64,000 nucleotides of DNA from Octopus sinensis (Eukaryota). Made by a program: the position numbers and the translations under genes. The DNA lies in the NCBI RefSeq assembly GCF_006345805.1, contig NC_043016.1, positions 11,966,001-12,030,000 on the forward strand. Direction: 5' to 3'. The notes under the pieces were generated by a model. It was not told where the DNA came from. It was given only the letters and a program-made list of their open reading frames with translations, and made no database searches. Below are positions 28,101 to 42,870 of this stretch, in pieces. Numbering within the stretch: the stretch's first letter is position 1; each line of letters opens with the position of its first letter.

Positions 28101-30768
28101 AAAGAATAAAAGTCAAAGTCAACCTCAGCAGAATTTGAACTCAGAACCTAAAGACTGATGAAATGTTGCCAACCATTTTGTCCAGTGTGCTAATGATAAT
28201 AATAATCCTTTCTACTAAAGGCACAAGGCCTGAAATTTCAGATGGAAGGATTAGTCGATCACAGGTAGTTATTTTATTGACTCAAAAATGATGAAAGACA
28301 AAGTTGATTCCAGCAGAATTTGAACTCAGAATGTAAAGATAGACAAAATGCTACTATGTATTTTGCTCAATGTACTAATGATTCTGCCACCTCACTACCT
28401 TCTTAATGATGATGATGATGATGATGATGATGATAATAATAATAAAATAATAATAATAATAATAATAACCTGTTCTTTAGTTGAATCCACAAGATCAACT
28501 GAATCTGTGTCTTTATCATCTTCCTCTTCATGAACATCATCTTCATGACTGTGCATTGCTTCTGGGCCTTAAAAAGATAAAAAAACTAAGAATCAAATCT
28601 TGATTCTAATTCAAGAATTGGGAATTTGGTTAAAAAAAAAAACGAAAAAAGAAAATTCAACTGGACACCAAAATTATTTGTTATTATTTTATAAATAAGA
28701 CACAACTAAGACTTGGTTTAAATTTTGAACCAAATTACTTTTGGGAAAAAACATACCAGGTTCTGTGACACATGTATAGTTCCATCAAAGTAGCATGGTA
28801 ATTTGTTCAAAACTTGCACTTGGGAATGTTTTTAGAGAACACAGATTACCCCCAGCCCTTCCAACTACCTCAGCTGATAGATCCTGAAAATTATTTGATG
28901 AACTCACTGCTGTTGGTGCCATGTAAAAATGACCCTGTACACTCTGTGAAGTGGCTGGCATTAGGAAGGGTATCCAACCATAGAAACTGTGGTTACCAAA
29001 GCAGATAATAGTGTTTGGCACAGTCTTCTAGTTTGCCAGCTCCTGTCAAACTGTCCAACGCATGACAACATGGAAAATGGATGCTAAATGATGATGATGA
29101 TTTAATTAAGATCAGACATGCTGCATTGGAGTTCAATAGCATAGAAGCTATATGACACACATGAGATGCCCTTCCTTACAGATGCCTTTCTCAAAAGATG
29201 TAAACCAATATGACATTATAAGAGAAGCAATTGCTATAGTAACTCCAATGATTAAATATGGTTTTTGACAGCATCCATGCATGTGTGATTGGATAAAGAA
29301 ACCGTTGCTGGTTAACCCCAGGTCAGTCCTAATCAAGCAAGCTTTTGATTGAAGGCACTCCAGCCATGCACATCCCATCTTTCTCTTGGCTATTGAATAT
29401 CTAAGATTATATTATCTGGAGTGGCTTTCCCATTTCCAGATAGTGTAGTGTAGTGTAGTTCAAGTATATTTAACTGCCATTTTTAGCAGACCAACGACCA
29501 CATAGTATCCTGATAGTAATCAATAATAAATGACAACATCCGTTCGTGGCCGTTGCCAGCTCCGTCTGGCCCCTGTGCAGGTGGCACATAAAAAGCACCC
29601 ACTACACTCACGGAGTGGTTGGCATTAGGAAGGGCATCCAGCCGTAGAAACACTGCCAGATCTGACTGGGCCTGATGCAGCCTTCCGGCTTCCCAGACCC
29701 CAGTTGAACCGTCCAACCCATGCTAGAATGGAAAACGGATGCTTGATGATGATGATGATGAACTAATGTGAATAAAGAAAAAAATTAAAATGACGTGTAA
29801 TTTATTTAAAAAAATTACCATCCTACTTCAAGGATGAGAATTCTTTTTGTTACCATGTCTCTGTTAAAATACACAACCTTTGTTTCAATAAATTTAGAAA
29901 ATAATGAAGAATTTAGTAAAATAACTTTTGTTACAAAGTTGATGCGTAGGACATAAACCAACATGAAGTTTTGATGGGAAACGGTTTTAAATTCGATCAT
30001 TTTGAAACAGGAAGTTTATAACATAGAACTAGAGTTATTCCCAGGTAGACTGGTATCAATGCTAATATGTAAAAGACATTTACCTTGGTTACGTGTAAGA
30101 GTGGAGGTTTGAGATGAGATAATTGTTGATTCATCACTACTTTCTTCTTTCCCAAATGTAACAACATTTCTAGGTATTAAAAAAAAAAACACACCATTAA
30201 ATTTCAAAATGTATAATTTAAAATTCTGAATTTCTTTTGAAAGAAAATTGATCTGAAACCATGTGCTGAAACCAGCGTTGTTATATTTGGTAAGAGTCAT
30301 AATTAAAAAAAAGCTTATAAACATACCCACCAGTGAAATATAGACAAACAACAACTGATGTGTGTGTTTAAAGAGTTTATAAATTATGACTTGCCAAATA
30401 TACTATAGCAATACAATTTTCAATATAATTTAGATAAAGCCATTTTTTTTTGTTTGGGGGAACATTATCCTTGACCAGAGGCCATGCAAATATTTTCTGC
30501 AAATAAGTAAATTGGGCAAAAAAAGAAATTCTGAAAGTAAAGCATCTGTTACTTTAAATTAATGTGGGAAAGTGTTACTCACTTGCCCTCTTTGGTATTT
30601 TCAGAGACAGAATGCTCATCACAGGGGAAGTTTTTCCTCATGTCAGATGAAAGCTGTACGGACATTCGTCCTATTCTGTCTTTTACGGCATTCTAAATGG
30701 ATATAAATAATGCCAGTTTATTTTATGAATACAAATTTTTAAAAGTATCTTTAAGTACATGTAAATAA

Positions 30769-30799
<31 letters not shown>

Positions 30800-33700
30800 T
30801 ATATATCATCATGGATTAACGTCTGTTTTTCATGCTGGCATGGGTTGGATGGTTTGACTGAGGTCTGGAGAATCCATGGCTGCACCAGGCTCCAATTTGG
30901 TCAGGCAGAGTTTGTACAGTTGGATGTCCTTCCTAATGCCAACCAGTCCGAGAGTGTAGTGGGTGCTTTTTACATACCACCGGCACAGGACCCAGTAAGG
31001 AAGGCCTGGCAACAGTCATGTTCGGATGGTGCTTTATGTCGATATATTCATTTGCATGAACACACACACACACGCAGGTATATCTGTGTGTGTGAAGGTG
31101 TATGATGCAATGGTTTGAGTATTGAACCCAGAGACATTAGGATGATAGTTCAATTTTTGGAACAATGTGCCATGTCCTACAACAACACTTTACTTGCCTT
31201 TGCTTGAGTCCACTCAACTGAAAATGAGTACCAGAAATAGCTGGGCTATGAATAATGATTAATCCTACAACAAACTGATGTCCCGTTCAACAGCTTTTCT
31301 TGTACTCACAATTGATTAAAAGCCACAAGGACTGGGATAAGCCTTGTCCTAAAAAGCCTTCAGGTTCAAGATAGATTAACCTTTTTTTTATTTTTTTTAT
31401 TAGCCGTATTTATAAATCCACTGTTATCATCGTCATTTAACATCCACTTTCCTTGCTGGCATGAGTTGGGCAGTTTGACAGGACCTAGTAAGGCCAGGAG
31501 CCACACCAGGCTCCATTATGATTTGGTGTGTTTTCTACAGCTTCCTAACACCAAGTGTTTTACAGAGTATACTGGGTTTTTTTTTTATGTGACACCAGCA
31601 TAAGTGCTTTGCTTTATATGTGGCACCAGCGCTTGTGTTACTGAATGTGAGTATATTATGTATATTTATGGGTGCTGATGTGATTACATATTGTCATCAC
31701 GACATACCACTGTCATCATGCTGACATGGGTTGAAGAGATTGCCACAATCCAAGTCATCCATCATTGAGAGCTACTGCCCCTAAAAACTAAGTGGCCATA
31801 CGTATCATTTGACTTGGTTTCTACAGCTGGATGCCCTTCCTAACAACAACCACTCTATAGAACATATTGGGTGCATTTTCTTGTGGCATCAACACTAGAG
31901 AGGTTGTACAGTCCTCGGCAAGACAAGAACAGAGAGACATTATGGACCTACACTATACCTGCTCACTTAGCCAATCACTTCATAGTTTGTGCAGTAAAGT
32001 GTATGTCAATATGAATACACACATGTATCCATGTATCTGTGCATGTGTGTGAATTTATGTGCGTCTGCTAATGTACATAAACAGATGAAGATATCAAATG
32101 TGAGTGTATGTTTCAGAGCATATGTATGCCTATTAATGTATTCAAACATTTGTATGTCTGAATACACACACACAAGTGTTTGTATTACATACAACAAGCA
32201 AAAATTTCAGATGCTAAAAAGCATGAAACAAAAACAGAGTTTGTTAGTTTTCAGTTGTACTTACTAGTAAGTGAGTATAATCAATATTTGAAACAGGATC
32301 TTTTCGTACAGTTTGTTTCATGTTATCGGACTGCATGAATTTGAAGCTTAGAACATTATACCAACGTACACATACTTCCTGATAATTGAAGTCAGCAAGA
32401 CTAATGTGAGCACATCCCTGGAATAACAAGTCAAATTAAAGAAAATTATTGTTTGCATAATTACATACCTCATGACAGTTCAACAATCAGTGCTCCGCAG
32501 AACTACACACTTCATTGCATCACAGACATGTGAACTCTTAACGTAAACGATCAAGCAGAACAAGTGCAACAAGACGAACACAAGACCAAATTACAAGTAC
32601 AGTCTTTCTAAGGCATATTGACACAGCTTGTGCCTACCCAATTTCATTCATCAAGCTTGTGTTAATGCAGGGCTACCGTGGAAAACATTATAAGTAGGAT
32701 AGGAGAGAAACTCCAAACAGTAGGGTTGAACCTAAGACCTTGTGATTGTGAAGTGAACTTATTAACCATCAGGCCATGCTTGCACCAGCCTAAGGAAACT
32801 GACCTCTGAAAAATGGCTTGTGACTATTGTGCAAATTATAAGCAAAGATATTGCAGCAAGGATAGTACAGGCAATTAATATCTGTGAGAAATTCAGTTTA
32901 TACATAGGTGACATCACAAGACATTATTGGTTCATCTCTGCTCATAGCCCTTGAGATAATAAAACAAAAGGGATTTTCTAGTGGGGTATAGAGGTACTTA
33001 AATGTAGAAATGCAGTCTGTATACTCCAAAGAACACAAACTAATGTTATGAAAATACTACCCAAACATATTGTTTCTGGTCTACTCCTAGGTTTGGTTGG
33101 CTCAGCTTGAAGAATCTGTCTTGTGACTCTTTCCTATGACACCTCAATGTGGAGAAAGAGGAGCAATTTGATCTGGAGAGACTCACTGACCTCTGAGTTA
33201 CAAACTGTTGAGTTGTTCATAAGGACATGCCAAGTGGACAGAAAACCAGACCAACAGCTGAGAAGTTAGCTGTTTAAATGGTTGAAACTGTGTAAGGGAC
33301 AAAATACTTAGCTCTCTCACGATCCAGTCCCACCTAGCTGTAAATAGGTACCACACAGAAAGGAACAACTTATCACTGTAACTAGTGGCAGCATAGTAAC
33401 ATTGAATAGGGTCTCCTTAACATGCATTGCTGAGCTCAAATAGATGAGTTGAAGAATAAGTGTATATGGATCAAACAAGAGCTGAATACAATTTGTCTCA
33501 TCTTTGTCCTTCGGTCAACAGGACTAATCAGACAGATTGATCATCATCATCATCATCATCATTCAGCGTCCGCTTTCCATGCTAGCATGGGTTGGACGGT
33601 TCAACTGGGGTCTGTGAAGCCAGAGGGCTGCATCAGGCCCAGTCTGATCTGGCAGTGTTTCTACAGCTGGATGCCCTTCCTAACGCCAACCACTCCGTGA

Positions 33701-35760
33701 GTGTAGTGGGTGCTTTTTACGTGCCACCCGCACAGGTGCCAGATGGAGATGGCAAACGGCCACGGACGGATGGTGCTTTTTACGTGCCACTAGCACGGGG
33801 GCCAGGCGAGGCTGGCAACGGCCATGAACGGATGGAGCTTTTATGTGCCACCGGCACGGGGGCCAGGCGAGACTGGCAACGGCCGTTTCTCAACATGAAA
33901 AGTTAAGTAATCATGTCAATGGAGCATGAACAGCCAAGGTCAACTTTGCTTTCATTCTTTTGGTGTTGATTAAATAAGTACCAGTTATGCACTGGGGTCA
34001 ATGTAATTGACTTAATCCCTTTATCTGTCCTAGTTTGTCCCCTCTATGTTTAGCCCCCCTGTGGGCAATAAAGAAATAAATATACTTACCAAACATTCTA
34101 GTTCTTTACCATCAGGAATGCTCCAAACATTAACCTGTAATGTTTGAGCATGTAGTAAATTTTTAGGAATGGCAACTTTGAAACTTTCGGCAAATTTTGG
34201 ATTTTTCATATCTGCTGAAGGTTTTGTTTCCCAACACACTGGCATAAATGGTAGTAGAGCAATTTTGATACCTCTGCAATGGTATAAACAAGGAAATACT
34301 TTATGAAAGAAATAAGCACTAGAGCATGATGGAAAAGACGAGGTAATGCATGATTAATTCAAGACAATGTGAATAAATAAGCATTAAATCTGACAGGATA
34401 ATCTGAACGTTAATGGATTAACATTATTATAGCAAGTATACAATAAATTGAAAGCATTTAATATTCTATATTTTTTAAACACATAATCATTAAAGGTAAA
34501 AAAAATGTGACAAGAAAAGGGTTTGGTCAGACATACATTTTCGTTTTCTCTGGAAGCGGAAGTGCTCCCAAATTCCGAGCCTGATCAACTTCTACATGGA
34601 GATTTCCATCAAATGTATCGTATCTAGAGATAGAAGGGAAGAAGTACATTTATACACATAATTATCAATTCTTAAAAATGTTTACACATCGAGTCGTCTA
34701 AATGGTATAATCATCACCATAAGCATTTTAACGTTCACTTTTGAATGCTTGCCTGGGTCAGACAGAATTTAGTGAGGCAGATTTTCTATGTCCTGATGTC
34801 CTTCCTGTTGCCAACCCTCAGTGTTTCTAAGTAAGATATTTCCCCAAGGCCAGAGAAGTTTTCCACAAACAACTGGAAATGAACATCACTGATAATATGA
34901 TGATGCTCTTTTACAACCATCACTTGATGACAAGACAAGAGTGTGCACACACACAATGGTCTTCTTTCAGTTTTCATTTACAAAATCCACTCACAAGGCT
35001 TTGGTTGGTCCATAGTTACATTAGAAGACACCTGCTCAGAGTGCCATATAGTGGGACTGAACCTGAAACTCTGTGGGTGGGAAGCAAGTTTCTTACTACA
35101 CAGCCATGCCTGCGCCTATGTTTACCAGATCAAATGGTGTTGATAGTGCCACCTCTATTTTGTTATCATCAAAGAAAGATGAAGACAATTAGACTAATAA
35201 ATAATACATGACTGGCTTTTTATTTTGTACAAACAGTAGAGACAAATAACATTAACAACTCCTTCAATTTTGAATATTATTTCTGAATCTGGAACTACTG
35301 TAGCCAAGGCAACTGAAGAAACACAAGAGATTCATTCATTGGCTCAATGAGAGAACCACCATGGCCAAAACAAAGGCTGATTTGATGCTGACTTATTTGA
35401 CACCACCTCTTTTTACGTTGCTCTCATTCTCTCTCTCTATTTACTTGTGTGAGGTTGTTTCCTTTTATGTGTTTGAAGAGAGGGAAAAGTGCTTATGTCA
35501 ATCATGTCTTATATTTAAAAAAAATAGTAAATAAAGAGTAATGTCTGTCTCACTATCTGTATGTGTATATTTCTGAGTGAGTGTGTTTGCCTCAGTGATA
35601 GAAAAAACTGTTGCCAAATCAGGTTGAAAACATCCAGTCAGCCATGCCAAATCATAAGTGTCCAATCCTCTTGTTATGAACTAAAACTATTATGTTAGTT
35701 TATAAACTAAACATAAATTATTAAAGAGTGGTGATATGAGAGAGAGAGAGAGTGAGATAT

Positions 35761-35843
<83 letters not shown>

Positions 35844-38664
35844 TGAAGGAAAGAGAAATGGAAAAAAGTTATAAAATATTGGTTTCAAACTTTGGCACAA
35901 AACCAAAGATTTCTAGGAAGGGAATAAGTCGACCGTAGAGCTCAACTGGTACTTATTTCATCCAGAAGAAATGCCACCAAGCATTTTGTCCAGCATGGTA
36001 ACAGCAAATTTGCCAGCTTTGCTGCCTCAAAGTTATAAAATACATAAGGAATTGGTTAAAAGAAAAAAAAGAAAGAGAAGTGTAACTTACTTGAGAGTAA
36101 TTTGGATTTGTGCACTTTCCATTTGTAGAACCTCATCCAGGTAGCCAGTTCTGTGAATAAATAAACAAATAGATAAAAAAAAAAAACAAATCATACTTCT
36201 TCAGAAATCAATGCTAGCCACTGCATCACTACCACCATCATCTTCCTCCTCCTCATCATCATTTGATATTCACTTTTCCATGCTTGCATGGATTGGATGG
36301 AATTTGCTAAAGCAGATTTCCTTAAGCCTCCCTGTCACCAATCCTTCATACCAAACAAGGTAATATTTCCTGATGACCTGACATAGGACAAGTGAGACCA
36401 TAACCCGTGGCCTCTACACAGGATGTAGCCAGTCCACTTATGCATACCTTTCCTTCCTGGGACACAAAACTCTACTTGTGAAGACCTGTTGAGGCAAGTG
36501 AGAATCGAAATCGATCAACATCAATGGAAATTGCAGCTGTGATACCAGTGCCGGTGGCACATAAGAGAACCATTTGAACGTGGCCGTTGCCAGCCACGCC
36601 TGGCCCCCGTGCCGGTGGCACGTAAAAAGCACAATCCGATTGTGGCCGTTGCCAGCCTTGTCTGGCACCTGTGCCGGTGGCACGTAAAAAGCACCCACTA
36701 CAATCACGGAGTGGTTGGCGTTAGGAAGGGCATCCAGCTGTAGAAACATTGCCAGATCAGATTGGGCCTGGTGCAGCCTTCTGGCTTCCCAGACCCCAGT
36801 TGAACTGTCCAAACCATGCTAGCATGGGAAGCGGACGCTAAATGATGATGATGCTCATTTGTAACCATCATAGGATGTGTAGACAAGGTCATATATACAG
36901 ACACACACACACACACACAACAGACTTCCACACAATATCTGTCTACCAAATGCATTTAGAAGGCTTTGATTGGCCCAGGGCTATAGCAGAAAACATTTAT
37001 CCAAGATATCATACATTGGAACTGAACCCAAAACCACATAGTTGTAAAGCAAGCTTCTTATGCACACAGCTATGCCTGTACCAGTATGGTCTTATAATTT
37101 CAGCAATATAGGGATAAGGTATGACTGTGGTTATAAAGTTTGCTTCACAATCACACAGTCTTAAGTTCAATCCCACAGCGTGATATCTTGGGCAAGTGTT
37201 TTTTTCCCTTTTTTACTCTAGCCTCATTTTAACTGATACTTAGTGACTGGAAAAAGAAACTGCAAGGAAGCTTGTTGCATGCAAGTGCTTGTTGCGTGCA
37301 CGCATATCAACGCCAATTCTACATAATGTCATTAGCACCGTCTGAGTGAAAAGCAGTGACAATTGTTTACATTTTCTGCTGACCTAATGTTACATAGTTC
37401 GGCAGATGTGTGTAACAACCAGTGGAATAAATTTTAAAAAAACCTTACTTAAAAAGGCATGTAAGGGTTGGTGAAGAGCCACAGAGAATCTACCTCAATA
37501 AGTTGTGTCTAACTCATTAGCAGCAGGGAAAAGCAGACATAAAAAAAAACAATGATAATGACGACAATGCTAAACGACAATACATCAGGCTTTCTGATAA
37601 ATACCTTTTGTAACCTTGCATTTATCTTTTTGCTATCATTCTTCGGTTGAAATACATTGCCTCTGTTTCAATTACTTTTGAAGATAATGAAGAATTTAGT
37701 GAAATAACTTATTAAACTGGTGTTTTGGAACATAAATTAACATGAAATTTCGATGGAAGATTTTAATTTAAACCACTTTAAAACAGCAAGTCTTATTACC
37801 ATAGAACCAGAGACGGTCTTAGGCTAACATCAAAAGGATTTAACTCTTTTGCATTCAGATTAGCATTCAGATTACTCTGTCAAATGTAAAGCCTGTTTAT
37901 TCACATTGTTTTAAATTAATTGTACAGCATCTTGTAACTCTGAGATTTAGATGATGCCCCTGTTTATTTTTAGAATGACTTTGTAGGGTAGGTGTGAGAG
38001 GTCAGAGCTGGCTGGTTTGAGCATAAAACAGGAAGACAATTTTGGCCTGGTATGGCCGGTTTAAACACTAAAGAGTTAAAACAGTTTCATCGTTTACTCT
38101 CTAACTTGTTTCAGTCATTTGACTGTGGCCATGCTGGAGCACCGCCTTGTTGTGCATGAAGCACGAAGAGACTACACTGAAATACACATCTGTTGTTTTA
38201 ATTTCCCCATTCCATTTAGTATTCTTTGTACTGAAATTGCACAACCAATCTCTGGAGTTCTATATTCAAGCTCAAGTTCCATATACAATCATACAGCATC
38301 AGAAAACTAAGATATGAATCATACAAGTCATTCCTCTGGAACAATAATATTGTTTTGCCATTAGAAAAGGGGAATTCAAAATGAGATAAGAATGGAGCAG
38401 AGGGAATGATGTGATGGCAGAGTGGTGAATGCACAAGTTCCATTGAACCAGACATGTCACAAGGTTTACAGACCTCCAGGTAGACCCATGCAGTTGCCAT
38501 GTGGTATTTGAAGGATTGGAAAAGGTCACTTGGAAGGCCTCCATGATGATGGGAAGACAATTTTGTCAAGCAATTTGGGTCAAGATGGAAAAGAATGGTG
38601 CAATCAAGACAGAATTGGTACCACCTTGTGGCCAGTGGTGTATAACACATTTGTTTGTCTGGGT

Positions 38665-38744
<80 letters not shown>

Positions 38745-41700
38745 ATATATCATCATCAACATCATCGTTTAGCGTCAGCTTTCCATGCTGGCATGGGTTG
38801 GATGGTTTGACTGAGGTCTGGCGAGTCAGATGGCTGCACCTGGCTCCAATCTAATTTGGCAGAGTTTCTACAGCTGGATGCCCTTCTTAACACCAACCAC
38901 TCTGAGAGTGTAGTAAAAAATATTATTTTGCATTTTGTGGACAATAGCATCACATGTTTCCAAAAAGCCAATCAGTGATCAAAAGTATTCACGAGAGCAA
39001 AAGCTTCAAAAGAGTGTCTGTGCAACTTAAGTAGAACAAATACTGTTTCACTCTTATAGGACATATGTTAAATGTTTATAACTGCAAGTTACACAGCTCA
39101 CTTTCTGAGTACCTATTTCTTTATTACCCACAAGGGGCTAAACATAGAAGGGACAAAGACAGACATAGGTATTAAGTCGATTACATCGACCCCAGTGCGT
39201 AACTGGTACTTAACTTATCGACCCAGAAAGGTTGAAAGGCAAAGTCGACCTCGGCGGAATTTGAACTCACAACGTAACGACAGACGAATTACGGCCACGC
39301 ATTTCGCCCGGCGTGCTAATGTTTCGGCCAGCTCGCCACTTTAATTTCTGAGTACCATGTTGTACAGTTCTGCTGTACAGTTCAGTTGTACAGTAATGCC
39401 CCTTTTATGGCTGCCAGCTCATTCATCTCTCATCTCATGATTTTTACATGGTTGCATGAGACTTCCTTTGAGACATCTATATAAATATCAAGACACCAAA
39501 TCAGCAACCCAATGCAACTATCACAAATACCATAAGCATAAGATATGTTTGTTTGGAAGCACTATCCATGTCCCATTACATCTTCATCATCATCTCTCTC
39601 TCTCTTCTCCTCACCACACCTGACAGGGGTCACCATGAATCTCCTCTACATCAGCTTCTGTCCCTTTAACCCTTTAGCATTCAAACCGGCTATATCTGGT
39701 CAACATATTTAACCTGTTATATATTGAAACTGACCAGATCTCACCTTTCATCTCAGCCCAACCATGTCATTCTAAAACTAAAAAATAGCATCACTGAAAT
39801 CTCTAAATTACAAGATAATGCATGATTAATTCAAACCATTTTAAATAAACAAATATCACATTTGACAGAATAATCTGAACACTAAAGGGTTAATGCCTCT
39901 CTCAAATTTTTGTCACCTGGCACAACATCCACTCCCTCAGTTGCAAGTTACTTGGTGAACTCACTGCTCCTGGAACCATGTAAAGTGGTTGGGGTTAGGA
40001 AAGACATCCTGCTGTAGAAATCATGCCTAAAGGGACAGTAGAGCTTGGCACAGTCTTCTCACTTGGCAGCTCCTGCCAAACTGTTTGACTTGTGCCAGCA
40101 TGGAAAATGGTTGTTAAATAATTATGCTTATCATGACAATAATGGTAAATTTTCTAATCAATATTTATGCCTGTAAGGCAGGTTAATAGACACAGTTCTA
40201 TCCAATTCCATGAGATTGCACCTAGAAAGTTCCTCTCCAAGGCATAAGTCTGGGCGAAGTTGCTTTATGGAAGACCAGCAGTCACCCATTCATTCCTGCC
40301 TCCACTCTCCATGCCACTAATGTTATCCAAGGGAAAGGCAAAAGCTGACAACACAACTTGGCACCAGTGACATCACAATTCATTTCTACAGCTGAGTGAA
40401 CAGGATCAATGTGAAATAAAGTGTCTTGCTCAAGAACACAACACACACCCATTCTGGGAATCGAACTCAATACCTCATGATTGTGAGCCCAGACATTCTA
40501 ACCACTGAGCAACAAAATCATGTGAATAACAAACATTATATATATATATATATATATAAAAAATCATCATCATTTAACATATGTTTTCCTTGGTCCCTTG
40601 TCATCCCCTCTGTGAGGTTCAAGGTACCAAAATTAGACTAGTAATATAGATGATACCATGTGATCACGTGACAAACCAGACTATAAGATGCTGTTACACA
40701 ACACTGGTCACAATGGTTTCAACATCGTGGTCATGTGTCTTCACAGGCTGAGCAATACTTTGTGAGTGAATTTGATACGTGGATTCTCTGTGAAAGCTCA
40801 TTGTGTGTGTGTGTATAACAATCTTGTATACTGACTAATGATTGACAAAAACCTGACAACACCCAATTACCTGTCTCTGATTGAGTTATTAGAATTTCCA
40901 ACTGCAAGAGAAATATCTCTTTCAAACCTTGCCAGCACGGAAGGCGGATGTTAAACAATGATGATGATGATGATGATGACCCCCACCATGTCAGCATGGG
41001 GTGGACAGTTTGACAGGAGTTGGCAAGCTGCGCAAAACTCCGATTTTCTGTTTAGGCATGGTTTCTACTGCTCCTTACACCAATCACTTTACAGAGTGTA
41101 TTGAGTGCTTTTTATGTGACACTGGTACAGGTGTCTTTCATGTAGCAATGGCACAGGTGTCTTTCATGTAGCAATGGCACAGGTGTCTCATGCGGCAATG
41201 GCACAGGTGCTTTTACACAGCACCAGCACAGGTTCTTTTTACATGGCATGGGCACAGGTGCTTTTTATGTATTACTAGCCCCAGTGGTTACTCCCATGCC
41301 CCACAAAATAATTCTTTAATATATATATATATCTCGTTTTTGGATTTGGTTTGCAAGATTCTTTATATGAGTTCGTGTGTTGAAGCATATTCTGTTGTGT
41401 CTGGAGAGAGTAATTTTCTTTTTGTGCCTTATAATATAACACGCTCACCAGTAAAATTTCCATTTATTTCTTATTTTTATTTTTATATTAATAAGAAATA
41501 AGGGGAAATTTTACCAGTGAATGTGTTACATTATAAGACACAAAAAGAAAATGACTCTCCCCAGACACAACAGTGTATATATATATATATATAACCCTCC
41601 CCCCTGCCGCAATGCAACGAAAAAAGGCAATAACCGATCGTGGCCGATGCCAGACCCCTCTGGCACCTGTGCAGGTGGCACGTAAAAAGCACCCACTACA

Positions 41701-41853
41701 CTCGCGGAGTGGTTGGCGTTAGGAAGGGCATCAAGCTGTAGAAACACTGCCAGATCAGACTGGAGCCTGGGGCAGTCCCTGCTCCCCAGACCCCGGTCAA
41801 ACCGTCCAACCCGTGCTAGCGCGGAAAACGGACGTTAAACGATGATGATGATG

Positions 41854-41886
<33 letters not shown>

Positions 41887-42825
41887 TTGCCTTCGAAATG
41901 CGGAGTAGATGAAACAGGGACAACTGATGAAGGGGAATATTCTTTTATGTTGCATGTCTCGTTTCTGTGTTTGTTTTTTTTCGTTGTTCGAAAAAAATGT
42001 TTGTTTTCGATGTTTTTTGTTTTTGTTTCTCATTGTGTTCAACGTATTTTTTTTATGTCCTGTACCCATATATGCATGTATATATACATGTAGAAGTAGG
42101 TACGTACATATATGTATGTATATATGCATATATTTATATATTATTTATATTATATATATATAAACATAGTCCCCCAGCTTTTTTACTTAACATATCTATA
42201 TTTGTGTATAATATGCATTCATGAATAAAGTGCACCCCGATTAGGGTAATCATGAACAATGAAATTTTTTGGGGAAAAGTCTCTTGTGAATATATACTGA
42301 TTATAGCATTACAGTGTATGGAATAAATTCTGTTATGAAATAAATTGTAAACACTCATACAAACTAAACAAAACGCAATTTAGAAAATGACTACTGGACT
42401 TGTGCAGGTACAGGCCGTAAAAGTATACCCGCTATAAGGTCAATATTGTGTAATTAATCATGTAATTATGAGGCGTTTTTTTGTTTTGTCTTTTTTTTTT
42501 CAAATAGAAAACCAATTTCATTTTGTTACAATAAAGAGTATGGTTTTAGCCAGTTGTTTTTATCTGGAGTCGACTGGAGATTTTGTTGTTAAAATTTATG
42601 TGCAACAAATTGCTTATACTGCTACAACAGAATGTTTTAATCTTTCTTACAATTTCTAATAATATTTAATTATGAAAATATACTAGGTTTCTTTTTATAT
42701 ACATCAAATGGGTATGACGGTCCAGTAGAGTAAAATAGGAATAAAAGGGGGTCCATAGGCAAAAAATGGTTGGGAATCACTGGTTTAAACAGAATTTTTA
42801 AAACACTTAACTTTTTCCTGTTATG

Positions 42826-42870
<45 letters not shown>

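Noticed and set aside
33449-33906. Recurrent ORF family MDGSTGV...LDALPNANHSVSVVGAFY
   Set aside because: Antisense readings of the RTE-LINE 3'UTR; ends and frames vary between copies
41905-41960. CTGATGA followed by a short stem as a second hammerhead
   Set aside because: No GAAA box after the stem and no consistent stem I/III
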